A stretch of 64,000 nt of DNA from Phyllobates terribilis (Eukaryota): NCBI RefSeq assembly GCF_046119375.1, contig NW_027362773.1, forward strand, positions 162,254,001-162,318,000, in the 5' to 3' direction. This document shows positions 1-51,221 of the stretch, one piece after another. How positions within the stretch are numbered: position 1 is the stretch's first letter; each line of letters opens with the position of its first letter. The notes under the pieces were generated by a model. That model worked only from the letters and a program-made list of their open reading frames with translations. It was not told the DNA's origin and searched no databases. The position numbers were made by a program, and so were the translations under genes.

Positions 1-735
1 GAGCTCCCCCTAGTGGTGGCTCTATAAATCTGTATGTAGTGAGCTAGCTCCATCTAGTGGTGGCTCTATAAATCTGTATGCAGTGAGCTCCCCCTAGTGG
101 TGATTATAAATCTGTACGCAGTGATTTCCCCCTAGTGGTGGCTGTGTGTAGTGCGCTCCCCCTAGTGGTGGTTGTATAAATCTGTTTGTAGTGAGCTCCC
201 CCTAGTGGTGGCTCTAAAAATCTGTATGTAGCGAGCTCCCACTAGTGATAATCTTATAAATCTGTATATAGTGAGCTCCCCCTAGTGGTAACCTTATAAA
301 TCTGTATGTAGTGAGCTCCCCCTAGTGGTGGCTGTATAAGTCTGTATGTAGTGAGCTCCCTCTAGTGGTCGCTGTATAAATCTGTATGTAGTGAGCTCCC
401 CCTAGTGGTGGCTGTATAAGTCTGTATGTAGGGAGCTACCTCTAGTGGTTGCTGTATAAATCTGAATGTAGTGAGCTCCCCCAAGTGGTGGCTGTATAAG
501 TCTGTATGTAGTGAGCTACCTCTAGTGGTGGCTGTATAAATCTGTATGTAGTGAGCTCCCTCTAGTGGTGGCTGTATAAATCTGTATCTAGTGAGCTCCC
601 CTAGTGATGGCTGTATAAATCTGTATGTAGTGAGCTCCCCCTAGTGGTGACTATAAATCTGTACGCAGTGAGTTCCTCCTAGTGGTGGCTGTGTGTAGTG
701 TGCTCCCCCTAGTGGTGGCTGTATAAATCTGTTTG
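1..735. repeat. 40-bp minisatellite (about 18 units)
   Basis: Unit ctagtggtggctgtataaatctgtatgtagtgagctcccc. Confidence 0.95.
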
Positions 736-915
736 CAGTGAAGGGGGTATGTGAAGGGGGTGCAGAGGTGGCAGTAAATGGGTGGGCATACAAGCCTGGC
801 ATGACTAGCTATGAAGGGTGCAAAGTGGGCAGTCACCCTCTGGTCTTTCGTAGGGATAGCCATGCCTATTTGTGGCAAGTTGTGTGTAAGGGTGGTACTC
901 GGGCTCTGTTATAAG

Positions 916-3042
916 GGTGGGCATGCCTGGCATCTGATCATGGTGTAGGGGTGGGCATGACTGGCAGCAGACCCTGGTGGAGGGGTGGGCATGACTGGCA
1001 TCAGATCCTGGTGGCGGGGTAGGCATGACTGGAATCAGACCCCGGTGTAGGGGAGGGCATGTCTGGCATCAGACCCTGGTGGAGGGGTGGACATGCCTGG
1101 CATCAGACCCTGGTGGAGGGGTGGACATACCTAGCATCAGCCCCTGGTGGAGGGGTGGACATACCTAGCATCAGCCCCTGGTGGAGGGGTGGACATACCT
1201 AGCATCAGCCCCTAGTTTAGGGGTGGGCATGTCCGGCGTCAGACCCTGGTGTAGGTAGGCCTGGCATCAGACTCTGGCATAGGGCTGGACATATCTGGCA
1301 TCAGACCCTAGCGTAGGGGTGGGCATGCCTGGCATCAGACTCTGGCGGAGGGGGAAGGCCTGGCATCAGACCCTGTCGTGGGGGGGCAGGCCTTGTATCA
1401 GACCCTGTCGTGGGGAGGGGGCAGGCTTGGCATCAGTCCCTGGCGGAGAGGGGGGGCGGGCCTGGCATCAGACCCTGGTGGAGGGGTGGGCATGCTTGGC
1501 ATCAGACTCTGGTGTAAGGGTGGGCATGCCTGGCATTAGACCCTAGCGTATGGGTGGGCATGTCTGGCATCAGACCCTAGCGTAGGGGTGGGCATGTCTG
1601 GCATCAGACCCTGGCGTAGGGGGATGGGGAAGGGCCTTGCATCAGACCCTGGCATAGGGGAGGGCAGGCCTTGCATCAGACCCTGGCATATGGGGGGGGA
1701 CAGGCTTGGCATCAGACCCTGGAGTAGGGGGGGCAGGCTTGGCATCAGACCCTAGCGGAGAGGGGGGCGGGCCTGGCATCAGACCCTGGCGTAGGGGGGG
1801 GCAGGCCTTGCATCAGATCCTGGCTTGGGGGGGGGCAGGCTTGGCATCAGACCCTGTCGTGGGGGGCAGGCCTTGCATCAGACCCTGTCGTGGGGGGGGC
1901 AGGCTTGGCATCCGTCCCTGGCGTGGGGGGGGCAGGCTTGGCATCAGTCCCTGGCGGAGAGGGGGGGCGGGCCTGGCATCAGACCCTGGTGGAGGGGTGG
2001 GCATGCCTGGCATCAGACTCTGGTGTAAGGGTGGGCATGCCTGGCATTAGACCCTAGCGTAGGGGTGGGCATGTCTGGCATCAGACCCTGGCATAGGGGG
2101 GGGCAGGCCTTGCATCAGACCCTGGCATATGGGGGGGGGGGGGACAGGCTTGGCATCAGACCCTGGCATAGGGGGGGCAGGCTTGGCATCAGACCCTAGC
2201 GGAGAGGGGGGCGGGCCTGGCATCAGACCCTGGCGTAGGTGGGGGCAGGCCTTGCATCAGACCCTGGCGGGGGGGGGCAGGCCTTGCATCAGACCCTGGC
2301 GGGGGGGGGGGGCAGGCTTGGCATCAGTCCCTAGCGGAGGGGGGCGGGCCTGGCATCAGACCCTGGCGTAGGTGGGGGCAGGCCTTGCATCAGATCCTGG
2401 CTTGGGGGGGCAGGCTTGGCATCAGACCCTGGTGGAGAGGTGGACATGCCTGGCATCAGACCCTGGCGTAGGGGGGGCAGGCCTTGCATCAGATCCTGGT
2501 GTGGGGGGGGGCATGCCTGGCATAAGTCCCAGGTGGAGGGGTGGGCACACCTGGCATAAGTCCCAGGTGGAGGGGTGGGCATGTCTGGCATCAGACCCTG
2601 GTGGAAGGGTGGGCATGTCTCTCATCAGACCCTGGTGTAGGGGTGGACAGGCCTGGCATCAGACCCTGGTGGAGGGGTGGACATGCCTGGCATCAGACCC
2701 TGGCGTAGGGGGGGGCAGGCCTTGCATCAGACCCTGGCGTAGGGGGGAGCAGGCCTTGCATCAGACCCTGGTGTGGGGGGGGGGGCATGCCTGGCATCAG
2801 ACCCTGGTGTGGGGGGGGGGCATGCCTGGCATAAGTCCCAGGTGGAGGGGTGGGCATGCCTGGCATAAGTCCCAGGTGGAGGGGTGGGCATGTCTGGCAT
2901 CAGACCCTCGTGGAAGGGTGGGCATGTCTCTCATCAGACCCTGGTGTAGGGGTGGGCAGGCCTGGCATCAGACCCAGGTGGAGCGGGGGGGGGGGGCAGG
3001 CCTGGCATCAGACCCTGGTGGAGCAGGGGGGGGGGGGCATGC
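916..3042. repeat. G-rich minisatellite, about 30-34-bp units with variable G-runs
   Basis: ggcatcagaccctgg..gggggggcaggcctt and ggggtgggcatgcct variants. Confidence 0.93.
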
Positions 3043-3254
3043 ATGGAGACAACACCATCACAACAGCCAGGCTCTGAAAGTGGCCAGTAACTACGGCAAC
3101 TGAGCGCGCCATCCATTACCGCAGAGAAGAAAGAACTTTGGTTTTATCACTATGGGTGACTGCTAAGGAGAGAGGAAAAGCCGCGGGGTGACAAACCCCA
3201 TGTGACCTAGTACGGCCGCCAATGGCAGCGATCAGACAGCTACTTCCTGTCCGA

Positions 3255-4137
3255 GAGGTGAGGAGGAGGACGGGCCACAGACAGCAGATCCAGAACCAGA
3301 GGCCAGGGGGAGGACGGGCCACAGACAGCAGATCCAGGACCAGAGGCCAAGAGGAGGAGGAGGAGGACGGGCCACAGACAGCAGATCCAGAACCAGAGGC
3401 CAGGAGGAGGACGGGCCACAGACAGCAGATCCAGGACCAGAGGCCAAGAGGAGGAGGAGGAGGAGGAGGACGGGCCACAGACAGCAGATCCAGGACCAGA
3501 GGCCAAGAGGAGGAGGAGGAGGAGGACGGGCCACAGACAGCAGATCCAGAACCAGAGGCCAGGAGGAGGACGGGCCACAGACAACAGATCCAGGACCAGA
3601 GGTGAGGAGGAGAAGGAGGATGGGCCACAGACAGCAGATCCAGGACCAGAGGTGAGGAGGACGGGCCACAGACAACAGATCCAGGATCAGAGGTGAGGAG
3701 GACGGGCCACAGACAACAGATCCAGGACCAGAGGTGAGGAGAACGGGCCACAGACAACAGATCCAAGACCAGAGGTGAGGAAGAGGATGGACCACAGACA
3801 GCAGATCCAGGACTAGAGGTGAGGAGGAGAAGGAGGATGGGCCAAAGACAGCAGATCCAGGACCAGAGGTGAGGAGGAGAAGGAGGATGGGCCACAGACA
3901 GCAGATCCAGGACCAGAGGTGAGGAGAAGGAGGATGGGCCAAAGACAGCAGATCCAGGACCAGAGGTGAGGAGGAGAAGGAGGATGGGCCACAGACAGCA
4001 GATCCAGGACCAGAGGTGAGGAGGATGGGCCACAGACAACAGATTCAGGACCAGAGGTGAGGAGGACGGGCTACAGACAACAGATCCAGGACCAGAGGTG
4101 GTGAGGAGGACGGGCCACAGACAAGGTCCAGGACCAG
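3255..4137. repeat. Purine-rich minisatellite, about 39-50-bp units with variable (GAG)n
   Basis: gggccacagacagcagatccaggaccagaggtgaggagga(gga)n. Confidence 0.93.
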
Positions 4138-4688
4138 AGAAAAATCAGATGGGGTTAATCCTATTACTACTCCCCCTTCTGAGACCAGTGAGCTGGATGA
4201 TCCTCCACCCGCCGCCATGTCTTCATCCATGGGTTGTAGGGTAATAATGGTGGGGGCCATCCTGGGCTGGCATCTTGTAGGTCTCAGGCAGGTTTGGATT
4301 TGCTTCTTGTATTAATACAAAGTGCACAATGAACATATATTTTTTTATAAAAGGCAAAATCATCCCTCGCTGATCCCCCACCGCCCTCAATAAGTCGCTC
4401 CCTGAGGTCCTTGCCGGTCTCTGCTCCGCTCCTGCCCTTGACAGACAGGAAATAACTGCTCAGCCAATCAGAGGCTGAGGCGGGGCACCAGTGAGGTCAG
4501 TGATTGGCTGAGAAGTCTGTGTTTAGAGCCTGGACGATCCCTGGATCCAATCACCTCCTGTGACATAAATCTCTGCTGTGGATTTTGTGTTACTGATTTT
4601 GTCGCAGATCGGCTGTAAATCTGAAACACAAACTAAAAGTGTAGTCTTTGACGCAGATTTGCTGCAGTTTTAGCATGTGCTCTGCAAA

Positions 4689-6068
4689 GTATGAAATGCG
4701 CAGCAGAAACTACCGGGCCGCACAGTATGAAATGCGCAGCAGAAACTACCGGGCCGCACAGTATGAAATGCGCAGCAGAAACTACCGGGCCGCACAGTAT
4801 GAAATGCGCAGCAGAAACTACCGGGCCGCACAGTATGAAATGCGCAGCAGAAACTACCGGGCCGCACAGTATGAAATGCGCAGCAGAAACTACCGGGCCG
4901 CACAGTATGAAATGCGCAGCAGAAACTACCGGGCCGCACAGCATGAAATGCGCAGCAGAAACTACCGGGCCGCACAGTATGAAATGCGCAGCAGAAACTA
5001 CCGGGCCGCACAGTATGAAATGCGCAGCAGAAACTACCGGGCCGCACAGTATGAAATGCGCAGCAGAAACTACCGGGCCGCACAGTATGAAATCCGCAGC
5101 AGAAACTACCGGGCCGCACAGTATGAAATCCGCAGCAGAAACTACCGGGCCGCACAGTATGAAATGCGCAGCAGAAACTACCGGGCCGCACAGTATGAAA
5201 TGCGCAGCAGAAACTACCGGGCCGCACAGTATGAAATGCGCAGCAGAAACTACCGGGCCGCACAGTATGAAATGCGCAGCAGAAACTACCGGGCCGCACA
5301 GTATGAAATGCGCAGCAGAAACTACCGGGCCGCACAGTATGAAATGCGCAGCAGAAACTACCGGGCCGCACAGTATGAAATGCGCAGCAGAAACTACCGG
5401 GCCGCACAGCATGAAATCCGCAGCAGAATCTACCGGGCCGCACAGCATGAAATCCGCAGCAGAAACTACCGGGCCGCACAGTATGAAATCCGCAGCAGAA
5501 TCTACCGGGCCGCACAGCATGAAATCCGCAGCAGAAACTACCGGGCCGCACAGTATGAAATCCGCAGCAGAATCTACCGGGCCGCACAGTATGAAATCCG
5601 CAGCAGAAACTACCGGGCCGCACAGTATGAAATCCGCAGCAGAATCTACCGGGCCGCACAGTATGAAATCCGCAGCAGAATCTACCGGGCTGCACAGTAT
5701 GAAATCCGCAGCAGAAACTACCGGGCCGCACAGTATGAAATGCGCAGCAGAAACTACCGGGCCGCACAGTATGAAATGCGCAGCAGAAACTACCGGGCCG
5801 CACAGCATGAAATCCGCAGCAGAATCTACCGGGCCGCACAGTATGAAATCCGCAGCAGAATCTACCGGGCCGCACAGCATGAAATCCGCAGCAGAAACTA
5901 CCGGGCCGCACAGTATGAAATCCGCAGCAGAATCTACCGGGCCGCACAGTATGAAATCCGCAGCAGAATCTACCGGGCTGCACAGTATGAAATCCGCAGC
6001 AGAATCTACCGGGCCGCACAGTATGAAATCCGCAGCAGAAACTACCGGGCCGCACAGTATGAAATCCG
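4689..6068. repeat. 36-bp minisatellite (about 38 units)
   Basis: atgaaat(g/c)cgcagcagaa(a/t)ctaccgggccgcacag(t/c). Confidence 0.97.
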
Positions 6069-6384
6069 CTCCATAGGTCAAATCGTGATACAGATCTTTT
6101 TCCTGCCTGCAGATCTGGGTGGAAAATCTGTACCAAATCTGCCATGTGTGAACACTCCCTCATGGGGTCATTGGAACCAGTGTATCAATGAAAACCAGAC
6201 AAAGTTTGCTCTCCGGTGTTATATAACGACCAGTGGTGCCAACTACGGGCGCCTCATGTATACAGGATATATTTATTAGTGCACTGACCGGACGCCCCAA
6301 TATCGCTGCACAAGTGGGTAACAGTTGGAATTCAGCTGCTGCATCTGCACCCATTATTGCAGCAATCAGGCATTTCAGTGCAAG

Positions 6385-6780
6385 GGTTCCCGGAGGAAAG
6401 AGGGCCACCCTGTCACTGTGCCGGCGGGTCCCTGGAGGAAAGATGGCCACCCTGTCACTGAGCCGACGGGTCCCCGGAGGAAAGATGGCCACCCTGTCAC
6501 TGAGCTGGCGAGTCCCGGAAGAAAAAGAGCCACCCTGTCACTGTGCCGGCGGGTCCCTGGAGGAAAGATGGCCACCCTGTCACTGAGCCGGCGGGTCCCA
6601 GGAGGAAAGATGGCCACCCTGTCACTGAGGCGGCGGGACCCCGGAGGAAAGATGGCCACCCTCTCATGGTCCCCGGAGGAAATATGGCCACTCTGTCATG
6701 GTCTCCGGCGGGTCACTAGAGGAATGATGGCCACCCTGTCATGGTCCCTGGCGGGTCACTAGAGGAATGATGGCCGCTCT
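6385..6780. repeat. Degenerate minisatellite, about 39-bp units
   Basis: ccggaggaaagatggccaccctgtcactgagccggcgggtc variants. Confidence 0.85.
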
Positions 6781-6810
6781 GTCACAGTTTTGATCTGTAC
6801 ATAATGAATG

Positions 6811-6816
6811 TTTATT
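6811..6816 (-). terminator. Candidate MTCH2 polyadenylation signal AATAAA
   Basis: tttatt on the plus strand, about 100 nt downstream of the MTCH2 stop codon. Confidence 0.6.
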
Positions 6817-6917
6817 AAAAAGGAAAATTATATTGAATCGTAAACAAAATGTGTACAAATTAAACTCTCCCCGATCCCCCGAAGAGCGAAACGCGGCAGG
6901 TGCAGGCCGGGGTCACA

Positions 6918-45738
<38,821 letters not shown>

Positions 45739-45745
<7 letters not shown>

Positions 45746-46062
45746 CTTGGAAACGTCACGGAAGCCGGGTCGCAACGCCAAGGAGAAACCTTCACTCCAG
45801 GCCGGAAGTGCAGGGGGAGCACGTGACCCGCGTCTCCAGGCAACGGCGAGAGTTTAGAGGGGAGGAGCCTGGAGCCGGAGGAGAACGGAGCCCTGAGGAG
45901 AACAGAGCCGGTGTGAGAGAAGGGACCGGGGAGGAGAAGGAAGAAGAAGAGGAGCCCGGAGCCGGTGTGTGCGGGGACCGGGCGGAGGCCTCTCGTCGTT
46001 ATGATGTGACGTTATTTCCTCGGTGATGATTACACTGATCCCTTTCTCTTCCTCCTCAGGTG
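45739..46062. promoter_or_regulatory. Bidirectional GC-rich promoter / 5' region shared by MTCH2 (-) and AGBL2 (+)
   Basis: Divergent ATGs at 45745 and 46063; YY1-type CCGCCATCTTGG 45739-45750, ETS/GABP-type CCGGAAGTG 45802-45810, E-box CACGTGAC 45820-45827. Confidence 0.75.
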
Positions 46063-46101
46063 ATGATGTCTCCTGCTCTCCGCTCCGCCATGAATCCTGA
46101 G
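46063..46101 (+). CDS. AGBL2: AGBL2 first coding exon (39 coding nt)
   Basis: cctcctcag|GTG ATG ATG TCT CCT GCT CTC...GAG|gtaatt; MMSPALRSAMNPE resembles MFPALE. Confidence 0.75.
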
Positions 46102-49100
46102 GTAATTCTCTGCGCTCCTTTCCCGGTGCCCCTCGTGCTCCCGTCTGTCCTCCCTGTGCTCCGGTGACTTTGTCTGTGACACCGGCAGTGATCTCTCCGG
46201 GCCGCCGTCATTGTCACAGTGAAGCCCCCGATATAGAGACCGTACAATGCTAACAACCGGCCATAACAGACACCGCGTCTATCAACAAGGCCGGAACGGT
46301 GTCCTCCCTCCGGGACCACAGTCCTGCACGGGCCCGCCGTCATCTCCCTCCGGGACCACAGTGCTGCACGTGCCCGCCATCCTCTCCCTCCGGGACCACA
46401 GTCCTGCACGTGCCCGCCATCACCCCCCTCCGGGACCACAGTCCTGCACGTGCCCGCCATCACCCCCCTCCGGGACCACAGTCCTGCACGTGCCCGCCAT
46501 CACCCCCCTCCGGGACCACAGTCCTGCACGGGCCCGCCGTCATCTCCCTCCGGGACCACAGTGCTGCACGTGCCCGCCATCCTCTCCCTCCGGGACCACA
46601 GTCCTGCACGTGCCCGCCATCACCCCCCTCCGGGACCACAGTCCTGCACGGGCCCGCCGTCATCTCCCTCCGGGACCACAGTCCTGCACGGGCCCGCCGT
46701 CATCTCCCTCCGGGACCACAGTCCTGCACGTGCCCGCCATCACCCCCCTCCGTCACCACAGTCCTGCACGTGCCCGCCATCACCCCCCTCCGGGACCACA
46801 GTCCTGCACGTGCCCGCCATCCTCTCCCTCCGGGACCACAGTCCTGCACGTGCCCGCCATCCTCTCCCTCCGGGACCACAGTCCTGCACGTGCCCGCCAT
46901 CACCCCCCTCCGGGACCACAGTCCTGCACGTGCCCGCCATCACCCCCCTCCGGGACCACAGTCCTGCACGTGCCCGCCATCACCCCCCTCCGGGACCACA
47001 GTCCTGCACGTGCCCGCCATCACCCCCCTCCGGGACCACAGTCCTGCACGTGCCCGCCATCACCCCCCTCCGGGACCACAGTGCTGCACGTGCCCGCCAT
47101 CACCCCCCTCCGGGACCACAGTCCTGCACGTGCCCGCCATCACCCCCCTCCGGGACCACAGTCCTGCACGTGCCCGCCATCACCCCCCTCCGGGACCACA
47201 GTCCTGCACGTGCCCGCCATCACCCCCCTCCGGGACCACAGTCCTGCACGTGCCCGCCATCACCCCCCTCCGGGACCACAGTCCTGCACGTGCCCGCCAT
47301 CACCCCCCTCCGGGACCACAGTCCTGCACGTGCCCGCCATCACCCCCCTCCGGGACCACAGTCCTGCACGTGCCCGCCATCACCCCCCTCCGGGACCACA
47401 GTCCTGCACGTGCCCGCCATCACCCCCCTCCGGGACCACAGTCCTGCACGTGCCCGCCATCACCTCCCTCCGGGACCACAGTCCTGCACGTGCCCGCCAT
47501 CACCCCCCTCCGGGACCACAGTCCTGCACGTGCCCGCCATCACCCCCCTCCGGGACCACAGTCCTGCACTTGCCCGCCATCACCCCCCTCCGGGACCACA
47601 GTCCTGCACGTGCCCGCCATCACCCCCCTCCGGGACCACAGTCCTGCACGTGCCCGCCATCACCCCCCTCCGGGACCACAGTCCTGCACGTGCCCGCCAT
47701 CACCCCCCTCCGGGACCACAGTCCTGCACGTGCCCGCCATCACCCCCCTCCGGGACCACAGTCCTGCACGTGCCCGCCATCACCCCCCTCCGGGACCACA
47801 GTCCTGCACGTGCCCGCCGTCACCCCCCTCCGGGACCACAGTCCTGCACGTGCCCGCCGTCCTCTCCCTCCGGGGCCCGCCGTCCTCTCCCTCCGGGGCC
47901 CTTCCGTCCTCTCCCTCCGGGGCCACAGTCCTGCGTGTGCCCGCCGTCCTCTCCCTCCGCGGCCCGCCGTCCTCTCCCTCCGGGGCCCGCCGTCCTCTCC
48001 CTCCGAGGGCTGCTGTTCTCTCCCTGCAGGGCCGCCGTCCTGCACGTGCCCGCCGTCCTCTCCCTTTGGGGCCGCCGTCCTCTCCCTCCGGGACCACAGT
48101 CCTGCACGTGCCCGCCGTCCTCTCCCTCCGGGGCCCGCCGTCCTCTCCCTCCGGGGCCCTTCCGTCCTCTCCCTCCGGGGCCACAGTCCTGCGTGTGCCC
48201 GCCGTCCTCTCCCTCCGCGGCCCGCCGTCCTCTCCCTCCGGGGCCCGCCGTCCTCTCCCTCCGGGGCCCGCCGTCCTCTCCCTCCGAGGGCTGCTGTTCT
48301 CTCCCTGCAGGGCCGCCGTCCTGCACGTGCCCGCCGTCCTCTCCCTTTGGGGCCGCCGTCCTCTCCCTCCGGGACCACAGTCCTGCATGTGCCCGCCATC
48401 CTCTCCCTCTGGGGCCCGCCGTCCTCTCCCTCTGGGGCCCGCCGTCCTCTCCCTCCGAGGGCTGCTGTCCTCTCCGTCCGGGGCCGCCGTCCTCTCCCTC
48501 TGGGGCCGTCGTTCTCTCCCTCCGGGTACCACCACCAATTGTGAGCACAATGTCCCAAATCTTGTTGTACAAATTCCCTGCATCAAACACTTCCCAAAAT
48601 TTCCTGTTATATACCCCAACAACCACAGCAGGGTCTTCTAGCACTCCTCCCATGCTTCCCTCCTGTCGCCCCTAATTTACAACTGTTCCCGGGTGACGAT
48701 TATTCCACCCCTTGCCTCAGATGTTCCTACAGTCGTGCTCTCCCAGCCCTTTACTCTTCCCGGCCCCTTTATTACTAGCTCCCCTTGCAGTGATGTGATG
48801 CGATCAGTGATCGCAGCCTGAACCCCGGACACACAGGCTCCAGCCGAGACTCGTATCCACAGATCACCATGTACACGGTGACAAATCTGAGATGGAGGCC
48901 AAACATTGCATTGCCAGAATATTACGGGGCCGAGCCTGAAGCTTTGTGAGTCAGAGTTGGCGTTTACTGATGGTCGTTATTGTGTCCATGGATAAAGGTG
49001 CAGAAAGCTTTCACTGCAGCGTAGAGAATGTTGTCCAGGGGAACAAGAGCTTGCAGTCTAATGTAAGAACGTCATCTCCAATATTGGGGAGGTTTATAGG

Positions 49101-51221
49101 ATCAGGCAAATTGAAGTCCAGCAATATCTATTAATGCACCGAGACAGTAAGGGATGCTGGGAGATTCCAGCTCTGGGGCTCAGATCCATATACATGAGAT
49201 CGCTGTCAGCCACATGAGCTGACGGATCTTTCCCAACACCCCCATACATATGTACACCAGGTATTGGTAAAGTGTTAATGGGGAGAGGGACCCCTCTGTC
49301 TGTCCCCCATTCAGCTCCGCACTCCTAGCTGTGGTTTATCCCCCCACAATCATTAGTAGAGATCAGGATCCCCGGACCCCATTGTTCCTGGGTGGGCATT
49401 TAGCAGTGAGTTGGGGGCCGCTCTCATATGTGGCCTCTGTGTCGCTTGTATGGGAGATACAGAAGATCCCAACCTATCATTGTCATTACTAATGTGTGAG
49501 GGATATAATCTGATAACTCTTTTCCAGGTCCTGACCGACCCCTATGAGAGCTTCATGCGACGTCACCTGAGATATTACGGCTATTATAAAGGTAAGGAAA
49601 CAATCAGAAGAGCATATGCCCAAATAGCCATCAGTTAGAGGGTCCTGGGGAAAGAAATATAATTATGGGGGTACAGAGGTTGTGGGGGGCACTAAATGTT
49701 CATATGAAGAGACCAGTACTATAAATTACACAATAGCGGGGACATTTGTTTCCAGTGTTTGGCCTGGGATACAGGAGCTTTAGGACACCTCTCAGCCTAT
49801 CGGGCACCTATATTTTATACATATTTATTTTCTCAGAAAATATAGGAAAAGAAAAAGAAATTTTACTGCGCCCGGCAGTGAGGAACCGAAGAGAAGAAGC
49901 GACAGACAGTGATTCCGACAGACAGTCCTCCCCGGATGACCAGAAGAAGCTGATTTGTATGTATGCACTCTAGTGCCGCTGTGCGTAGCCCTGCGGCGGC
50001 TCTGTGCGTAGTAGCCCTGCGGCGTGTCTGTGCGTAGTAGCCCTGCGGCGTGTCTGTGCGTAGTAGCCCTGCGGCGTGTCTGTGCGTAGTAGCCCTGCGG
50101 CGTGTCTGTGCGTAGTAGCCCTGCGGCGTGTCTGTGCGTAGTAGCCCTGCGGCGTGTCTGTGCGTAGTAGCCCTGCGGCGTGTCTGTGCGTAGTAGCCCT
50201 GCGGCGTGTCTGTGCGTAGTAGCCCTGCGGCGGGTCTGTGCGTAGTAGCCCTGCGGCGGGTCTGTGCGTAGTAGCCCTGCGGCGGGTCTGTGCGTAGTAG
50301 CCCTGCGGCGGGTCTGTGCGTAGTAGCCCTGCGGCGGGTCTGCGTAGTAGCCCTGCGGCGGGTCTGTGCGTAGTAGCCCTGCGGCGGGTCTGTGCGTAGT
50401 AGCCCTGCGGCGGGTCTGTGCGTAGTAGCCCTGCGGCGGGTCTGTGCGTAGTAGCCCTGCGGCGCGTCTGTGCGTAGTAGCCCTGCGGCGCGTCTGTGCG
50501 TAGTAGCCCTGCGGCGGGTCTGTGCGTAGTAGCCCTGCGGCGGGTCTGTGCGTAGTAGCCCTGCGGCTGCATGGACAGCCTGTAGAGTTTAATAAGAACT
50601 GTACTGCTCCATTCCCCCTGTGGAGGCGCTGCAGAGGAATGAATCTTCCCCCACAGATTGCAGCCGGTGTCTGGGGGTCTCGGCCCATGGGACCAGTTCT
50701 GTTTGGCTAATCTCTTTCTTCCTTCCCCTTGAGATTCGTTGCTGCTGGAGAGCGCTGTGTTCAAGAGCCGTCAGATTGTGTTTGATAGTCAGGAGGGTCA
50801 GGTCATCCCGCGCCTCAGCGAACCCAGAGATTTGTTTTCTACCTCCAAGAAGAATGGCTTCCTAAAAGCTCCGCGCTGGCCCTCCGAGTGTGCCGTTATA
50901 TCTGAGGAGATCGGTCATATCGGTGAGCATCTTCAGCATAAAGTGACATGTCGCAGACGTCAAACCTTCAGCGCAGGGAAATGTACGCAGCAGATAGGAG
51001 ATCTCTAAACATTTTCGGTACTGAATCCTCTCTTTTCCCTCTGTGGGAGCGCGCTCTCAGCTGCAGCAATGAATGTTATGTGCCCCGGAAACCTACAACG
51101 TGTTTTGTGCCCGCAGAGTGGGAACCCCCAAATCCGGAGCCGTTCTACAGACATACGGGGAAGGAAGCCATGCCGTACATCTCCGAGGGGGAGGGCAAAG
51201 TGGTCTATGAAATCAGCCAAG
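46063..51221 (+). CDS. AGBL2: Cytosolic carboxypeptidase 2 (AGBL2/CCP2), 5' partial: coding exons 46063-46101, 49528-49591, 49837-49956, 50734-50922, 51117-51221; the gene continues beyond the window
   Basis: MMSPAL..., VLTDPYESFMRRHLRYYGYYK, SRQIVFD..PRLSEPRDLF..KAPRWPSECAVISEEIGHI and EWEPPNPEPFY..GKVVYEI match recalled AGBL2 (DPYEDFMYRHLQYYGYFK; APRWPIECEVI; EWAPPQPEYFY). Phases are compatible. MTCH2-AGBL2 adjacency is known vertebrate synteny. Confidence 0.92.
46300..48520. repeat. 40-bp GC-rich minisatellite (about 38 units) decaying into about 21-bp subunits, in an AGBL2 intron
   Basis: cgggaccacagtcctgcacgtgcccgccatcacccccctc. Confidence 0.96.
49528..49591 (+). CDS. AGBL2: AGBL2 exon (64 nt)
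   Basis: tttccag|GTCCTGACC...AAAG|gtaagg; VLTDPYESFMRRHLRYYGYYK. Confidence 0.95.
49837..49956 (+). CDS. AGBL2: AGBL2 exon (120 nt)
   Basis: ttctcag|AAAATATAG...ATTT|gtatgt; phase 1-1, open frame; low sequence conservation. Confidence 0.7.
49990..50567. repeat. 26-bp minisatellite (about 22 units)
   Basis: tgcgtagtagccctgcggcg(g/t)gtctg. Confidence 0.95.
50734..50922 (+). CDS. AGBL2: AGBL2 exon (189 nt)
   Basis: SRQIVFD...APRWPSECAVISEEIGHI; donor G|gtgagc; acceptor is GAG after a CTAAT branch point and pyrimidine tract. Confidence 0.9.
51117..51221 (+). CDS. AGBL2: AGBL2 exon (105 nt)
   Basis: ccgcag|AGTGGGAA...CAAG|gtactg; EWEPPNPEPFYRHTGKEAMPYISEGEGKVVYEISQ. Confidence 0.93.

Noticed and set aside
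3116-4260. Hydrophobic repetitive ORFs (WSWICCLWP..)
   Set aside because: Antisense translation of the purine-rich minisatellite
4633-6279. Four overlapping ORFs of 460-540 aa
   Set aside because: They arise from a stop-free 36-bp repeat (length divisible by 3), are open on both strands and show no protein-like features
46247-48675. Three ORFs of 740-780 aa, Pro-rich
   Set aside because: Produced by the 40-bp repeat cycling through frames; they lie in an AGBL2 intron
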